From contig NC_086107.1 of NCBI RefSeq assembly GCF_963921235.1, positions 107,632,001 through 107,696,000 on the forward strand: a stretch of DNA of 64,000 nt. Reading direction: 5' to 3'. The notes under the pieces are model-generated. The model saw nothing but the letters and a program-made list of their open reading frames with translations, was not told the DNA's origin and did no database searches. The stretch comes from Mobula hypostoma. Its lineage: Eukaryota. Shown here piece after piece: positions 13,493 to 25,690 of this stretch; position 1 is the first letter of the stretch, and every line of letters begins with the position of its first letter. A program made the position numbers and the translations under genes.

Positions 13493-13904
13493 TATTCCTC
13501 TGAATCTTTTCCTGCACTTTATTTGGCTTTGTTATTATTTTCCCGTATGCTATAATGCACTGATGTGATGAAATGGCTTGTATAGATACCATGCAAAATG
13601 AAGTTTTTCACTGTAGCTCACTCAGTATATGTGACAATAATAAATCAATAAATAAATCGGTACTGAGACTCATTGCCTAGTAATTACCTGGCTTGTGGAG
13701 AAAACTACTAACTTTGCTGTTCTCAATCATTTTGTATCTCTGTGGGCAGAGAAGATTTGGAAATTTCTGTCCGAGTCTCAACAGTCTCCTCCCTAGAATG
13801 CATCTCATCTGTGCCTGGGATGAATCACCTTTAAGCCAACTAGGACAATTAATAATTCATCCTTCTCTATTGTAGTTTGTTCTAGAAAGCCCTCCCCACT
13901 TTTG

Positions 13905-14555
13905 AGCACATTTACTACATGTAGTTCTGCCATAAGAAAGCTGCTGTCACCATCAAGAGCCCTCCTACCATCCAGACCATGCTCTCTTTTCACTTCTACC
14001 ATCGCGCAGGAAGTATAGAAGCCTAGGATCTAATGCCACTAGGTTCAAGAACAATTATTACCCTTCAACCATCAGGCTTTGAACCAGTGTGGTTAACTTT
14101 ACTCACCTCAATGCTGAACTGATTCTGCAACCTGCTGACTTGCTTTATAGATCTCTACAACTCATGTCCTCAGTACTTTTGTTTATTTGCACAATTTGTC
14201 TTCTGCACTTTAGGTGTTTGTTAGTCTTGATGTATAGAAGAAGAAGAAATCCTTTAACTCTGAGTGGAGTCATCGGGACGCCGTCATGACGGCGTTTTTT
14301 GAGCAGGCTTTCTTATTTTTACGAGACCGAGTTGCTAGCTCGACGCTCAACCCAGCACGGATGGAAAGCGTGCAAGGGAGCCGACTGGTTTCAAACTTGG
14401 GAGCTTTCGCTCCGAAGTCCAGCGCTGATGCCCCTACGCCACCAGCCAGCAGTCCTGATGTATAGTTTTTTTGTAAATGCCTACAAGACAATGAATCTCA
14501 AGGTAGTATATGGTAACATATACTGTAGGTGCTTTGATAATAAATTTTCCTTTGA
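13905..14555 (+). mobile_element. Rex/Babar-like LINE 3' fragment interrupted by a SINE
   Basis: Same C-terminal and 3'UTR motifs as 1130-1590, ending gataataaattttcctttgact. Confidence 0.6.
14238..14450 (-). mobile_element. tRNA-derived SINE with (TTC)n tail
   Basis: Minus strand: A-box-like TGGCGTAGGGG, B-box-like GTTTGAAACC, tail ttcttcttcttc. ~15-bp TSD agtc(t/c)tgatgtatag at 14223-14237 and 14451-14465. Related decayed copy at ~61560-61736. Confidence 0.8.
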
Positions 14556-14824
14556 CTAGTCTCTGAAGTCTCCAACTATAATGTCCTTCTCATTAAATAC
14601 AGATATGGAATATTTATTTATGATCTTACCCATCACCTCTGGCCTCCTGCACAGATTGCCACTGCATTATATTTTTTATAATTACATAGATCAAAAGGTC
14701 CATGCAGGCTTTTGGGGGAAAGCATTGTCATGTGTCCTGCCTTCCCCTCTCCCTCAATTCTCTCCACCCTTGCAACTCATTCTTTTCTGTATATTACTTC
14801 AACTCTCCTGTGATTTCTTTACTT

Positions 14825-14998
14825 ATTAAGGCACACTAAGGAATAATTTACTGTAGCCAATTAACCTTTTAGCATGTCTTTGGGATGTGAAAAATAAACT
14901 CAAAAGCATCCAGAAGAAACCTGATCATGGAGAGAACTCAGCACAGTTAGCACTCCTAGGCCCCTGGAGTTGAGTTAAACTGCGGCACACTGTGTGCC
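14825..14998 (-). mobile_element. Decayed V-SINE/HE1-like SINE
   Basis: aatttactgtagccaattaacc...atgtctttgggatgtg...gaagaaacc central-domain-like motif; similar copy at ~50380-50550. Confidence 0.5.
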
Positions 14999-16358
14999 TC
15001 TTTGCTGTAAGAATTGATTATATAGTGTTGCATTTTCGATAGAGCTGCGATAGCAGGTGAGATCAGGGATCAGTTTAACCTCAATGTTCTCTATTCATGG
15101 GCAATCACCAGATATTAGTGGGTATGTTGGTACTGCCTTGGATGAATGAAGCTGTTTGAAAATGTAAAATATTGCTCACTGAAGTACAGAAGGGAACCTT
15201 TGCTTCCCTTCATATATTCAGTGACTGAAGTGCTTTTTAAGTTAAAAACAGAAGTGTGTTACTTACTGTTTTTCTTTGCCATTCAGGGATCTGCTAACTT
15301 GAGACAGAACCCAAAGAATAAAATATTGAATCTGATTTGCAATCTTGATAAACGAATAAGGCTAGGAACTTGACAAGTTTTCAAAGACTGTTAGGAACAA
15401 GATTTTTTTTCATTAAGTATTTTCTGCTAAGATTTAAGTTGATAACAATTTTCATGCTATGATCATGTCAACTGTAAAAATCACCCAAAGGTTAATTTTA
15501 GATTCAGCTCCTTGCAACTCAAGATGTGTTTTGAGACTAAGTTTTTTTTTGTTGTGCAAAATATACTGCTGAGTATCATAGAAAAATGTCTTAAATTTTG
15601 TGAGCATAATTTTTTTAGCAACACCTCATTGAAATACTTTGTCATTCTAATGAAGTGGGGGAATAAGGTCATTTGAATAATTTTCTTAAAAGAGCAAGTT
15701 TAAAAATTTAAGGGTGTATTTGTTCGTACTGTATGTTTGCATGGAGAAGTCGATCAGCCAAATTTCAAGAATCAGTGTGAGTTTCAAATTTGAGGTATAT
15801 TAAGCTTTGGTCAGGCTTGGGGTACTCAGCTTTATTTCCAAAGAATTCTGCCAATTAGAACAGGCCATCCCCTCTGACCTAGATTTGGATTGCTGTCTTT
15901 GTAACAGACATTGAACTAATGTGCTGGCTCATTCACTTATTCAGCATATTAAATCTAGTAGCCACCTCAACATTACAGTTTGACTTTCCAGTGCCATTGC
16001 ATGCTTTAAGTTCATTGTTTTGAGAATTATTCTATGAAGCTGAAAATACTGGAAACTCGGGCACATCAAGAAGAATCTAAAGAAAAGAGAAACGGAATAA
16101 AAGTTTTAGTTTCTGAAAACGTTGAGTTCGATAAAGTCCAGAGGCTACAAATTCAACAAGTTCTATGGTTATTGTTTAAATATTTTATCCGTTCTTCTCA
16201 TCACATCTGTCTATTCTGGAGATTTTGTACGGCTCTGACTTGTATCTCCCAGTTTTATACATGTTTAGTTTGCTTTCTCTTTCTCTCGCTATTGTTAGAA
16301 GCCCATTAACCAGATGGTTATGTCAACAGTTCGTGATTGACAGCCTCACCCTGTAGGA

Positions 16359-16433
16359 CGGGCTCCCAACTTGGGGTCCACAGACCCCTCAGTTAATGGT
16401 AAGGGTCCACAACATAAAAGGTTGGGAACCCCG
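16359..16433. mobile_element. 75-bp hAT-Charlie-type MITE
   Basis: TIRs CGGGCTCCCAAC / GTTGGGAACCCCG; 8-bp TSD CTGTAGGA / CTCTAGGA (1 mismatch); related copy at ~52149-52235. Confidence 0.7.
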
Positions 16434-18409
16434 CTCTAGGAGATACAACATTTGCCTCATGCATTTATGCCATAACCTTGCTGCAACTTTTTTTCTCTTA
16501 GGAAGTTGCAAAACATTTTACCCGAAACATTTCTTCTTTCCATTGCTGCTCTCAGTATTTTCTGTATTTATTTTGGATTTTCAGGATCTGCCTATTTATT
16601 TTATAATATGTGATATTTGTATGGATAATCGGTCCATTGATCAGACAATGTATAAATAGATATGAACTCTCAACAATTGTCCCAAAAAATCTGCAGTCAT
16701 ACTGCCAAAAGAAACTTGTAAATAATAAATTCTCTAGCAGTGTACTCGATGTGCAAAGAAGAACATTATTAAAATCCCATTGTACCTTTTGCTTCCCACC
16801 AAAGTGGTGTGTGCTTGATTATGTACTTGTACATGGAACACAGCAATCTTTCCTACAGTGGAGTGGAATGCAGCCTGTGTTTGTCCATAAAATAATTCCT
16901 AAGAAAATATAATTTTCAGAGGTCAGGGGAGAGCAGATAATGTCCATGACTGCAGATTTGGACAGTTCACCAACAATGTGAAGGTTTATCTCAAAGCTCG
17001 AACACCCAAATGTAGGTTTAACATTCTGATGAATAAAGAATTCCTTTCACAACAACCTTTTAATGTCTAAAAACACCCAACTTCTGAAATGCCTATTTAG
17101 GTATAACTCTTGAGGCTGGTTTTGCAATGTTCATGCATTTTATTGTTGAGTTTAACAATCAATGGCTTATTTCCTGCTGACCTGCCACAAGTGCTTAATA
17201 CAAGCAAATATACTGATAAATATTATGGCGTTGTTATGAACATAATACAAAAATACTGTTTCCTTTGTTCAGCAATTTTCTTTCACATCTCTCCTGAAGG
17301 AATCAAGTTCTTGGTTCCATTCTGATATGCAGATGATAATCATTTGTTCAGAAGATAATTTGCCTAAAATGACACAGTCAAACTTGATCCAGCTTTTTGC
17401 ATGTGTGCACAATTTCAACAGGGATGATGAGGCAGGAGAGGCAACATGCACTGTTTTTTTCTCATTTCCTGACAGGACAGTGCCACTGCCAAATGTGTCT
17501 CCATAAATGCTGTAATTCAGCAGAGATGCATCAATCCTACAAAGTGGATGGACAGGGTAGTCAAACTTTTATTCAGTCAAGTGAATGCAGTAACAGATTT
17601 TTTCTATTAATTATATTTTACTGAAATCAGTGACAACATTGGTAATTTTTTGTCTGAGTCAAGATGCCCCATTATCGTTAGACCTGCCTTAGCTGTGTGT
17701 GGAATGTTTGCTCACTTCATGTGGTAAAAGAAGAATGAAAGCCAGGCTGAAAGTATTAATTCTACATTTGATGGATTGTCAAGTGTTGTTTTGCTATCAT
17801 CTGTTCAACTACTCTGTGCTTACATGTTTAAACTGTTCAGCGGAGATGCAGTGTTTTGTATCATTTGTTTTTGTTCCGTAGGCTATCTGTTTCTATGATT
17901 CATTCCTGCTGTTTGGTTTTGGTCAGTCTGGATGAGCTGTTGTTACCTGCTCTGCCAAATCATGTTAACCTGTTGCTTCTGATTTTGACAATTCTTATGT
18001 GCGTTTACGTTCTTCAGTTCTCAGCATAAAAACAAACATGAGTTGAAATATCTAGAAAACTTTCCAGGTAGTTTAGGGAAAATTTTGTTGAACCAAAGGA
18101 AAAGATTGGAATGGTTACCAGAAACTTGAGAGAAGAGTGAGGAACAGAAGATTTTAGCAGCAAATTCTAATGAATTTAGTACCCGTGTTTGAAGGCAACA
18201 ACATTAGTGTTGAATTACACAGAAGTGCTTGTAAACTAGGAAAGTTTATAATGGTGGTTAGGACTAAAAAGGGTTGTAAAGGTGGTGAGGAGATGTAAAA
18301 CAAGTTCAAAATTTATTATTGAAATACAGATATGTCACCATATACAACCCTGAGATTTGTTTTCTTGTAGGCATACTCAATAAATCCATAAGAGAATAAT
18401 TAACAGAAT

Positions 18410-20232
18410 CGGAAGACCACAATCTGTGCGGATTGGTGATAACGTCCTCCTCACTGATGATCAACACTGGCGCACCTCGAGGATGTGTGCTTAGCCCACT
18501 GCTCTACTCTTTATATACACAATACTATGTTGCTAGGCATAGCTCAAATGCCATCTATACATTTGCTGACGATACAACCATTGATGGTAGAATCTCAAGT
18601 GGTGACAAGGGGGCGTACAGGAGTGAGATATGCCAACTAGTGGAGTGGTGCTGCAGCAACAACCTGGCACTCAACATCAGAAAGATGAAAGAGCTGATTG
18701 TAGACTTCAGGAAGGGTAAGACGACGGAACACCTATCAATCTTCATAAGTGGAGAGAGTGAGCAGTTTCAAGTTCCTGGGTGTCAAGATCTTGGAGGATC
18801 TAACCTGGTCCCAACATAGTGATTTAGTTATAAAGAAGGCAAGACAGTGGCTATACTTATTACGAGTTTGGCATGTCAACAAATACACTAAAAATCTTCT
18901 ATAGTTGTACCGTGGAGAGCATTCTGTCAGGCTGCATCACTGGTATGGAGGGGCTACGGCACAGGACTGAAAGAAGCTGCAGAAGGTTGTAAATCTAGTC
19001 AGTTCCATCTTCATAGTCATAGTCATACTTTATTGATCCCGAGGGAAATTGGTTTTTGTTACAGTTGCACCATAAATAATAAATAGTCATAACACCATAA
19101 ATAGTTAAATAGTAATATGTAAATTATGCCAGGAAATGTCCAGGACCAGCCTATGAGCTCAGGGCATCTGACCCTCCAAGGGAGAAGTTGTAAAGTTTGA
19201 TGGCCACAGGCAGGAATGACTTCCTATGACGCTCTGTGCTGCATCTCAGTGGAATGAGTCTCTGGCTGAATGTACTCCTGTGCCCATCCAGTACAGTATG
19301 TAGTGGATGGCAGACATTGTCCAAGATGGCATGCAACTTGGACAGCATCCTCTTCAGACACCACCGTGAGAGAGTCCAGTTCCATCTCCACAACATCACT
19401 GGCCTTACAAATGAGTTTGTTGATTCTGTTGGTGTCTGCTACCCTCACCCTGCTGCCCCAGCACACAACAGCAAACATGATCGTACTGGCCACCACAGAC
19501 TCAGAACATCCTCAGCATCGTCCGGCAGATGTTAAAGGACCTCAGTCTCCTCAGGAAATAGAGACGGCTCTGACCCTTCTTGTAGACAGCCTCAGTGTTC
19601 TTTGACCAGTCCAGTTTATTGTCAATTCATATCCCCAGGTATTTGTAATCCTCCACCGTGTCCACCCTGACCCCCTGGATGGAAACAGGGGTCACCAGTA
19701 CCTTGGCTCTCCTCAGGTCTACCACCAGCTCCTTAGTCTTTTTCACATTAAGCTGCAGATAATTCTGCTCACACCATGTGACAAAGTTTCCTACCGTAGC
19801 CCTGTATTCAGCCTCATCTCCCTTGCTGATGCATCCAACTATGTAACTTAGGTACTAGCCTACCAAGTACCTAGGACATCTTCAGGGAGCAATGTCTCAG
19901 AAAGGCAGCGTCCATTTTTAAGGACCTCCAGCACCCAGGGCATGCCCTTTTCTCACTGTTAACATCAGGTAGGAGGTACAGAATCCTGAAGGCACGCACT
20001 CAGCGATTCAGGAACAGCTTCTTCCCCTCTGCCACCTGATTCCTAAATGGACACCACCTCACTTTTAAAAAATACACAGTATTTCTGTTTTTGCACATTT
20101 TTTATCTATTCAATATAATTTATTATTATTTTTATTTTATTATTTCTGCTTGATTATGTATTGCATTGAACTGCTGCTGCTAAGTTAACAAATTTCACAT
20201 CACATGCCGGTGATGATAAATCTGATTCTGAT
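18410..20232 (+). mobile_element. Rex/Babar-like LINE, 5'-truncated, inserted in an older minus-strand LINE 3' end (18302-18410 and 20235-20735)
   Basis: ORF 18433..18819 INTGAPRGCVLSPLLYSLYT...TFADDTTI...NLALNIRKMKELIVDFRK; 3' tail gataaatctgattctga. Confidence 0.85.
19012..19845 (-). mobile_element. Second Rex/Babar-like LINE 3' fragment nested inside the previous one
   Basis: Minus-strand ORFs VASTIMFAVVCWGS...NKLICKAS and HPLH...RCSTERHRKSFLPVAIKLYN; (gactat)n tail read as catagtcatagtcatac; the host sequence resumes at ~19850. Confidence 0.85.
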
Positions 20233-21060
20233 CAGTGATAAAGACCTTGGGCATTCAACCAGTGTGCAAAAGACACAAACTGTACAAATACAAAAAGAAA
20301 GATAATAAATTAAGCAAAAAATATCAAGAACATTAGATGGAGGTCTTGAAAGTGAATTCATTGGTTGCAGGAACATTTCAAATGATGGCACGAGTTAAGT
20401 TAATCTCTTTGGTTCAAGAGCCTAATGGGTGGAAGGGTAATAACTATTCTTGAACCAGGTGGTGTGAGTCCTGAGAGTCCTGTACCTTCCTGATAGCAGC
20501 ATAGAAAAGAGAGGTGGAGGTTCCTGATGATGGATGCTGCTTTCCTGCAACAATGTTTCATTTAAATGTGCTTAGTGGCCGGGAGGACTTTACCCATGAT
20601 GGACTGGGCTGTATGCACCACTTTTTGTAGGATTTTCCATTCAAAGGCATTGGTATTACAGCCAGTCAATATACTCTCCACTACACATATATAGAAGTTT
20701 GTCAAGGTTTTAGTTGTCATAACAAATCTTTCAACATGTTTGTTGAATTTGCTTTTTTATTCTCCTCATGTTGTCCAGTTTCTGGACAAGTAGCATCCTG
20801 TACTGAGACCTCAAATAATGTTAGTCCTTATAAGTCCACCTTTGGATCTCTGCCTTTCAATATCATTTTGCTTTATTTGGAGAATAATAATCCTGATAGC
20901 ATTTTAAAAATGATTGTAAGTATGTGCAACTGCTTGTTTTCTCAGACAATGGCCTACTATGTTGGAGGCCAAGCAAAGAAGTGCTTTTCAGCACAGTCTA
21001 AACCGGGGAACCATGAGATAGAGTAGTACTGGTTTCATAGCATCAACATAAGTGCAGTCA

Positions 21061-21720
21061 CAGTGGATTTCAGTTAATTGGGAAACATCGGGACCAGTAC
21101 ATTTTAACCCAACTAAGAGGCTGAAGTTTTATGGAAATAGTTAAAAAGGTATTTTACAAAGACAAACTGCTGTTTAAATGAGTAACAATGAAATACAGAA
21201 CAAACGAGAACACTATTAATACACTGCTATAGTTATCACCAGAGAAGTTCATCTTCTCTATACTGGCAGATTCTTTTGACTGACGGTAAATGAACAGAAT
21301 TAGCACAGACACCTAATGTAGATAATTGCCTGCCTTCATACAATGTTATCAACGATTGCATCCTCCAAATTTTCATTTTCATTGTTACATTCAGGATGAT
21401 TGATATCTTCAAGTACTTAGTTCCTAACTTAGACCTAAAGTAGTAAATCGTTTCATTTTCAATTGCAGTTGTTTCAAGCCTAAAAGCTTGAAACTCCGAG
21501 CAACACAATTCTGAACTGTCTAACTATTTATTCTCGCCAACTATCAGTGACAAAATCACTGCTTTATGAACATGTGCACAAACCTGATGCTAGTTAAACA
21601 CTGTTTGTTCTAAGCATGGTGTAGCCATAGAAGTGCACACATCTGATGCTAGTTAGAAACTGACAACAGTCTCCTTCCAAATAAGTGGCATAGCATCCCA
21701 AATAAACAAAGAGACTGCAC
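21061..21720. mobile_element. Possible Tigger/pogo-like non-autonomous DNA transposon remnant
   Basis: Left end CAGTGGATTTCAGTTAATTGGGA resembles Tigger-type TIRs; right end not resolved. Confidence 0.35.
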
Positions 21721-22357
21721 CATTGATTCAAGGCAACATCCCCTTCTGCTAGACCAATAACTTCGATTATAACCCATGTTGCAAAGCATATTTTTTTCCC
21801 CAAAATTAAGAATACTATAATGTTAGAGGCATTTCATTTGGGCTGAAATAAGAGGAAGTACTTGAATACCTCCACTTCTGTTTCTCTTGCTTCATCAGGC
21901 CATATATTAGGTTTACCCTTTCTCACATTTTTTGTAAGTTATGTCAGAAATTTCTATGACTGCAGTAACCTAATCTATATATAGTCCAATGTCAAAATAA
22001 TGGAATTAGCAAGCCAAAACAGTAATTTCACAATGTAAAATCTTCATTGGTATGAACATTTCTATATAACCATCCAACTACAAATTGCTTAATTAAAATA
22101 GGTCTTCCTAGTCTGAGTAGAATTCTTGACAAAGCCTTGAGGCAAAATTGTAAAAACTCTTAGACACTCTTGTTAGCTGATCTGCAGTAGAAAAATATCT
22201 GGCATATTGAAGTTTGATGTCTCGCTTTTTTTAAAAACCAAAACCATTTGAATGCCAGCGCAACAATCTTCTTGGACAGTTACCACATATCAGGTTGATG
22301 TGCTTCCAGCCTTGTGCTGTTGGTTCTGAAATGGCTGATGAAGCCAGTGTGAAACTT

Positions 22358-23910
22358 AGAAACATAGAAAATAGGTGCAGGAGTAGGCCATTCGGCCCTT
22401 CGAGCCTGCACCGCCATTTATTATGATCATGGCTGATCATCCAACTCAGAACCCCGCCCCAGCCTTCCCTCCATACCCCCTGACCCCTGTAGCCACAAGG
22501 GCCATATCTAACTCCCTCTTAAACATAGCCAATGAACTGGCCTCAACAGTTTGCTGTGGCAGAGAATTCCACAGATTCACCACTCACTGTGTGAAGAAGT
22601 TTTTCCTAATCTCGGTCCTAAAAGGCTTCCCCTCTATCTTCAAACTGTGACCCCTCGTTCTGGACCTCCCCAACATCGGGAACAATCTTCCCGCATCTAG
22701 CCTGTCCAATCCCTTTAGGATCTTATACGTTTCAATCAGATCCCCCCTCAATCTTCTAAATTCCAACGAGTACAAGCCCAGTTCATCCAGTCTTTCTTCA
22801 TATGAAAGACCTGCCATCCCAGGAATCAATCTGGTGAACCTTCTTTGTACTCCCTCTATGGCAAAGATGTCTTTCCTCAGATTAGGAGACCAAAACTGCA
22901 CACAATACTCCAGGTGTGGTCTCACCAAGGCCTTGTACAACTTCAGTAGTACCTCCCTGCTCCTGTACTCGAATCCTCTCGCTATAAATGCCAGCATACC
23001 GTTCGCCTTTTTCACCGCCTGCTGTACCTGCATGCCCACTTTCAATGACTGGTGTATAATGACACCCAGGTCTCGTTGCACCTCCCCTTTTCCTAATCGG
23101 CCACCATTCAGATAATAATCTGTTTTCCTATTTTTGCCACCAAAGTGGATAACTTCACATTTATCCACATTAAATTGCATCTGCCATGAGTTTGCCCACT
23201 CACCCAACCTATCCAAGTCACCCTGCATCCTCTTAGCATCCTCCTCACTGCTAACACTGCCACCCAGCTTCGTGTCATCCGCAAACTTGGAGATGCTGCA
23301 TTTAATTCCCTCATCCAAGTCATTAATATATATTGTAAACAACTGGGGTCCCAGCACTGAGCCTTGCGGTACCCCACTAGTCACCGCCTGCCATTCTGAA
23401 AAGGTCCCGTTTATTCCCACTCTTTGCTTCCTGTCTGCTAACCAATTCTCCACCCACACCAATACCTTACCCCCAATACCGTGTGCTTTAAATTTGCACA
23501 CTAATCTCCTGTGTGGGACCTTGTCAAAAGCCTTTTGAAAATCCAAATATACCACATCCACTGGTTCTCCCCTATCCACTCTACTAGTTACATCCTCAAA
23601 AAATTCTATGAGATTCGTCAGACATGATTTTTCCTTTCACAAATCCATGCTGACTTTGTCCGATCATTTCACCGCTTTCCAAATGTGCTGTTATCACATC
23701 CTTGATAACTGACTCCAGCAGTTTCCCCACCACCGACGTTAGGCTAACAGGCCTATAATTCCCCGGTTTCTCTCTCCCTCCTTTTTTAAAAAGTGGGGTT
23801 ACATTAGCCACCCTCCAATCCTCAGGAACTAGTCCAGAATCTAACGAGTTTTGAAAAATTATCACTAATGCATCCACTATTTCTTGGGCTACTTCCTTAA
23901 GCACTTCCTT
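22358..23910 (-). mobile_element. Young 5'-truncated CR1 LINE (ORF2 RT domain nearly intact)
   Basis: ORF 22584..23579 (YLDFQKAFDKVPH, GVPQGSVLGP, SKFADDTKLGG) and ORF 23596..24000 (PEDWRVANVTPLFKKG, NYRPVSLTSVVGK) separated by one frameshift; TSD-like AAACTT at 22352-22357 and 23911-23916. Confidence 0.95.
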
Positions 23911-24571
23911 AAACTTGGAGACTTTGCCTCCACAGAATGGGGCAAGAGCTACTTGAAGGGTGATGTATTCTTTCTGCTGTTTCACTGGGCTTTTGCACAC
24001 TCTGGCAAATGAGATTGATCTCCCTCTATCTCAGTCTGCATGCTCCTTACCTGTTTTGAATGTTTATAGCTCAGGATTCCCACGAGCTTGGTGCAGCTTT
24101 ACTCTTTCTTCAAAGTGGCTTTGAGAACATCATGGAAAGTTTTCCTCTGTTCACTTCATGTTTTTTCACCGTGATGGAAATCAGAATGTGATACATTTCT
24201 TGAGTGTGCTGTAGTTAGTGCAAACAAACATGTGCTGTCTATTGCAAACGACAGTGGGTTTTCAAGATGTTGGCCTGGGAGAAAATGCTATCTATTAGTA
24301 TGCTTATTCTGTCAGTTGATCTGGAGTACTTTCTGGAGATGGATTGTTAGTGTCAGTGCTTTGAGAACTTCCAGGTATCAAAAGCGTGGACAAAAAACAG
24401 ATTTCACAGTTGATGATGGCTCATGGATTTTTTTTGGCTGTGTGAAGCTTTGATCTTTTAAAAAAAATATATATATTAGTTTTCCTGACCACAAGAGGCT
24501 GTGCTGTGTGTGTGTTTTTTTAATATAGTTAATTGCGGATTTGTGTTTTGCAATCTTTGGAATGTGAGCTG

Positions 24572-24910
24572 GATATCCAAAGGAGGTGCAAGGTGCTCCT
24601 CCCCTCCACTGGGCTGTAGATCACCCTGAGTAATGTTTGGCACCTTCAGGGTCATGTGAAGCCATGGGAACAGGTAGTGGATTGTTGTATGAGCAGCTGG
24701 TGCATATCACAAGTCCAGGGTATACAGCTGCTAATGCCAGGCAGACAGTCTAAAGAGTCTTGGTAATGGCTAGGGTAACCTGTCTTGTAAAGACACTACA
24801 CAGAAGAAGGCAATGGCAAACCACTTCTGTAGAAAAATTAATCAAGAACAATCATGGTCATGGAAAGACCATGAACACCCACGTCATATGACAGCACATA
24901 ACGAATGAAC
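24572..24910 (+). mobile_element. RTE/BovB-related SINE-like repeat
   Basis: gaagaaggcaatggcaaaccacttc resembles the BovB/Sauria-type motif; short gaa/tgaa-type tail. Confidence 0.5.
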
Positions 24911-25344
24911 AATTCTCCTAATTGTGTGGATAAGTGATGTTCAGTAGAGGATGTTGCTCCTGTATTTCTTTGGAGAGTTAAAGCACATGAATATTATGAC
25001 TGTAGACTGAATTCCCACTGCAATTTATAGTTATTAGGCATGGTCTGTCCAGTAGTGATAGTTACCTGTCATATCATGGGTGATGCAGATGACCTTGTAA
25101 TTTCTCATTTGATTGATGTTATAATTCTAACAGGTACTTATGAGGTGTGCTTCAATGGTAAAATTGAGTGGTGATCTGACTAAACTTGTAAGCATTGTGT
25201 CAGGAAGTGGATTGTTGGACTTGGCTTTCTCTGCTTTTGACGTGCCTTTTCATTTCTCAACCCTTGAGAAATGGGCAGAGATTTAATTTAAGATCAGCCT
25301 AAACTTCCTGTGATTGGGTTTAATGTGCTGGTTCAGTGTTAGGT

Positions 25345-25690
25345 TGAGTGATAGAGCAGTTGAACGTAGAAACAGACCCTTCTACCTATCTAGTCAATGC
25401 CAGCCTGGTCTTCTGCCTAACCCCATCTAACTGCACCTGGTCCAAAGCCGTTTGTACTCTTCTCAGCCATGTATCCATCCAAAGTTCTTTTAAATGTCAC
25501 ATTTGAATCCACATCTACCATTTCTGCTGGCAGCTCATTTCACACTCATACCACCTTCTGACTGAAGAAGTTTCCCCTTAGCTTCCCCTCGAATATTTTA
25601 CCATTCACCCTTAACCTGTAACCGTTAGTTCTGGTCTCCCCCAAATTAAGGAAAAGGCGCCTACATGCATTCACCCTATCGATACCTCTT
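25345..25690 (-). mobile_element. CR1 3'UTR fragment
   Basis: Homologous to 51408-51668 and to the reverse complement of 4500-4826. Confidence 0.65.

Noticed and set aside
14400-14450. tRNA genes here and at ~62660
   Set aside because: Only A/B-box heads of SINEs; no full cloverleaf, and SINE bodies and tails follow.
25140-25150. ATGAG|GTGTGC as the missing 5-nt first coding exon
   Set aside because: The phase would fit, but the donor is weak, there is no promoter or CpG-island context, and the motif is expected by chance.
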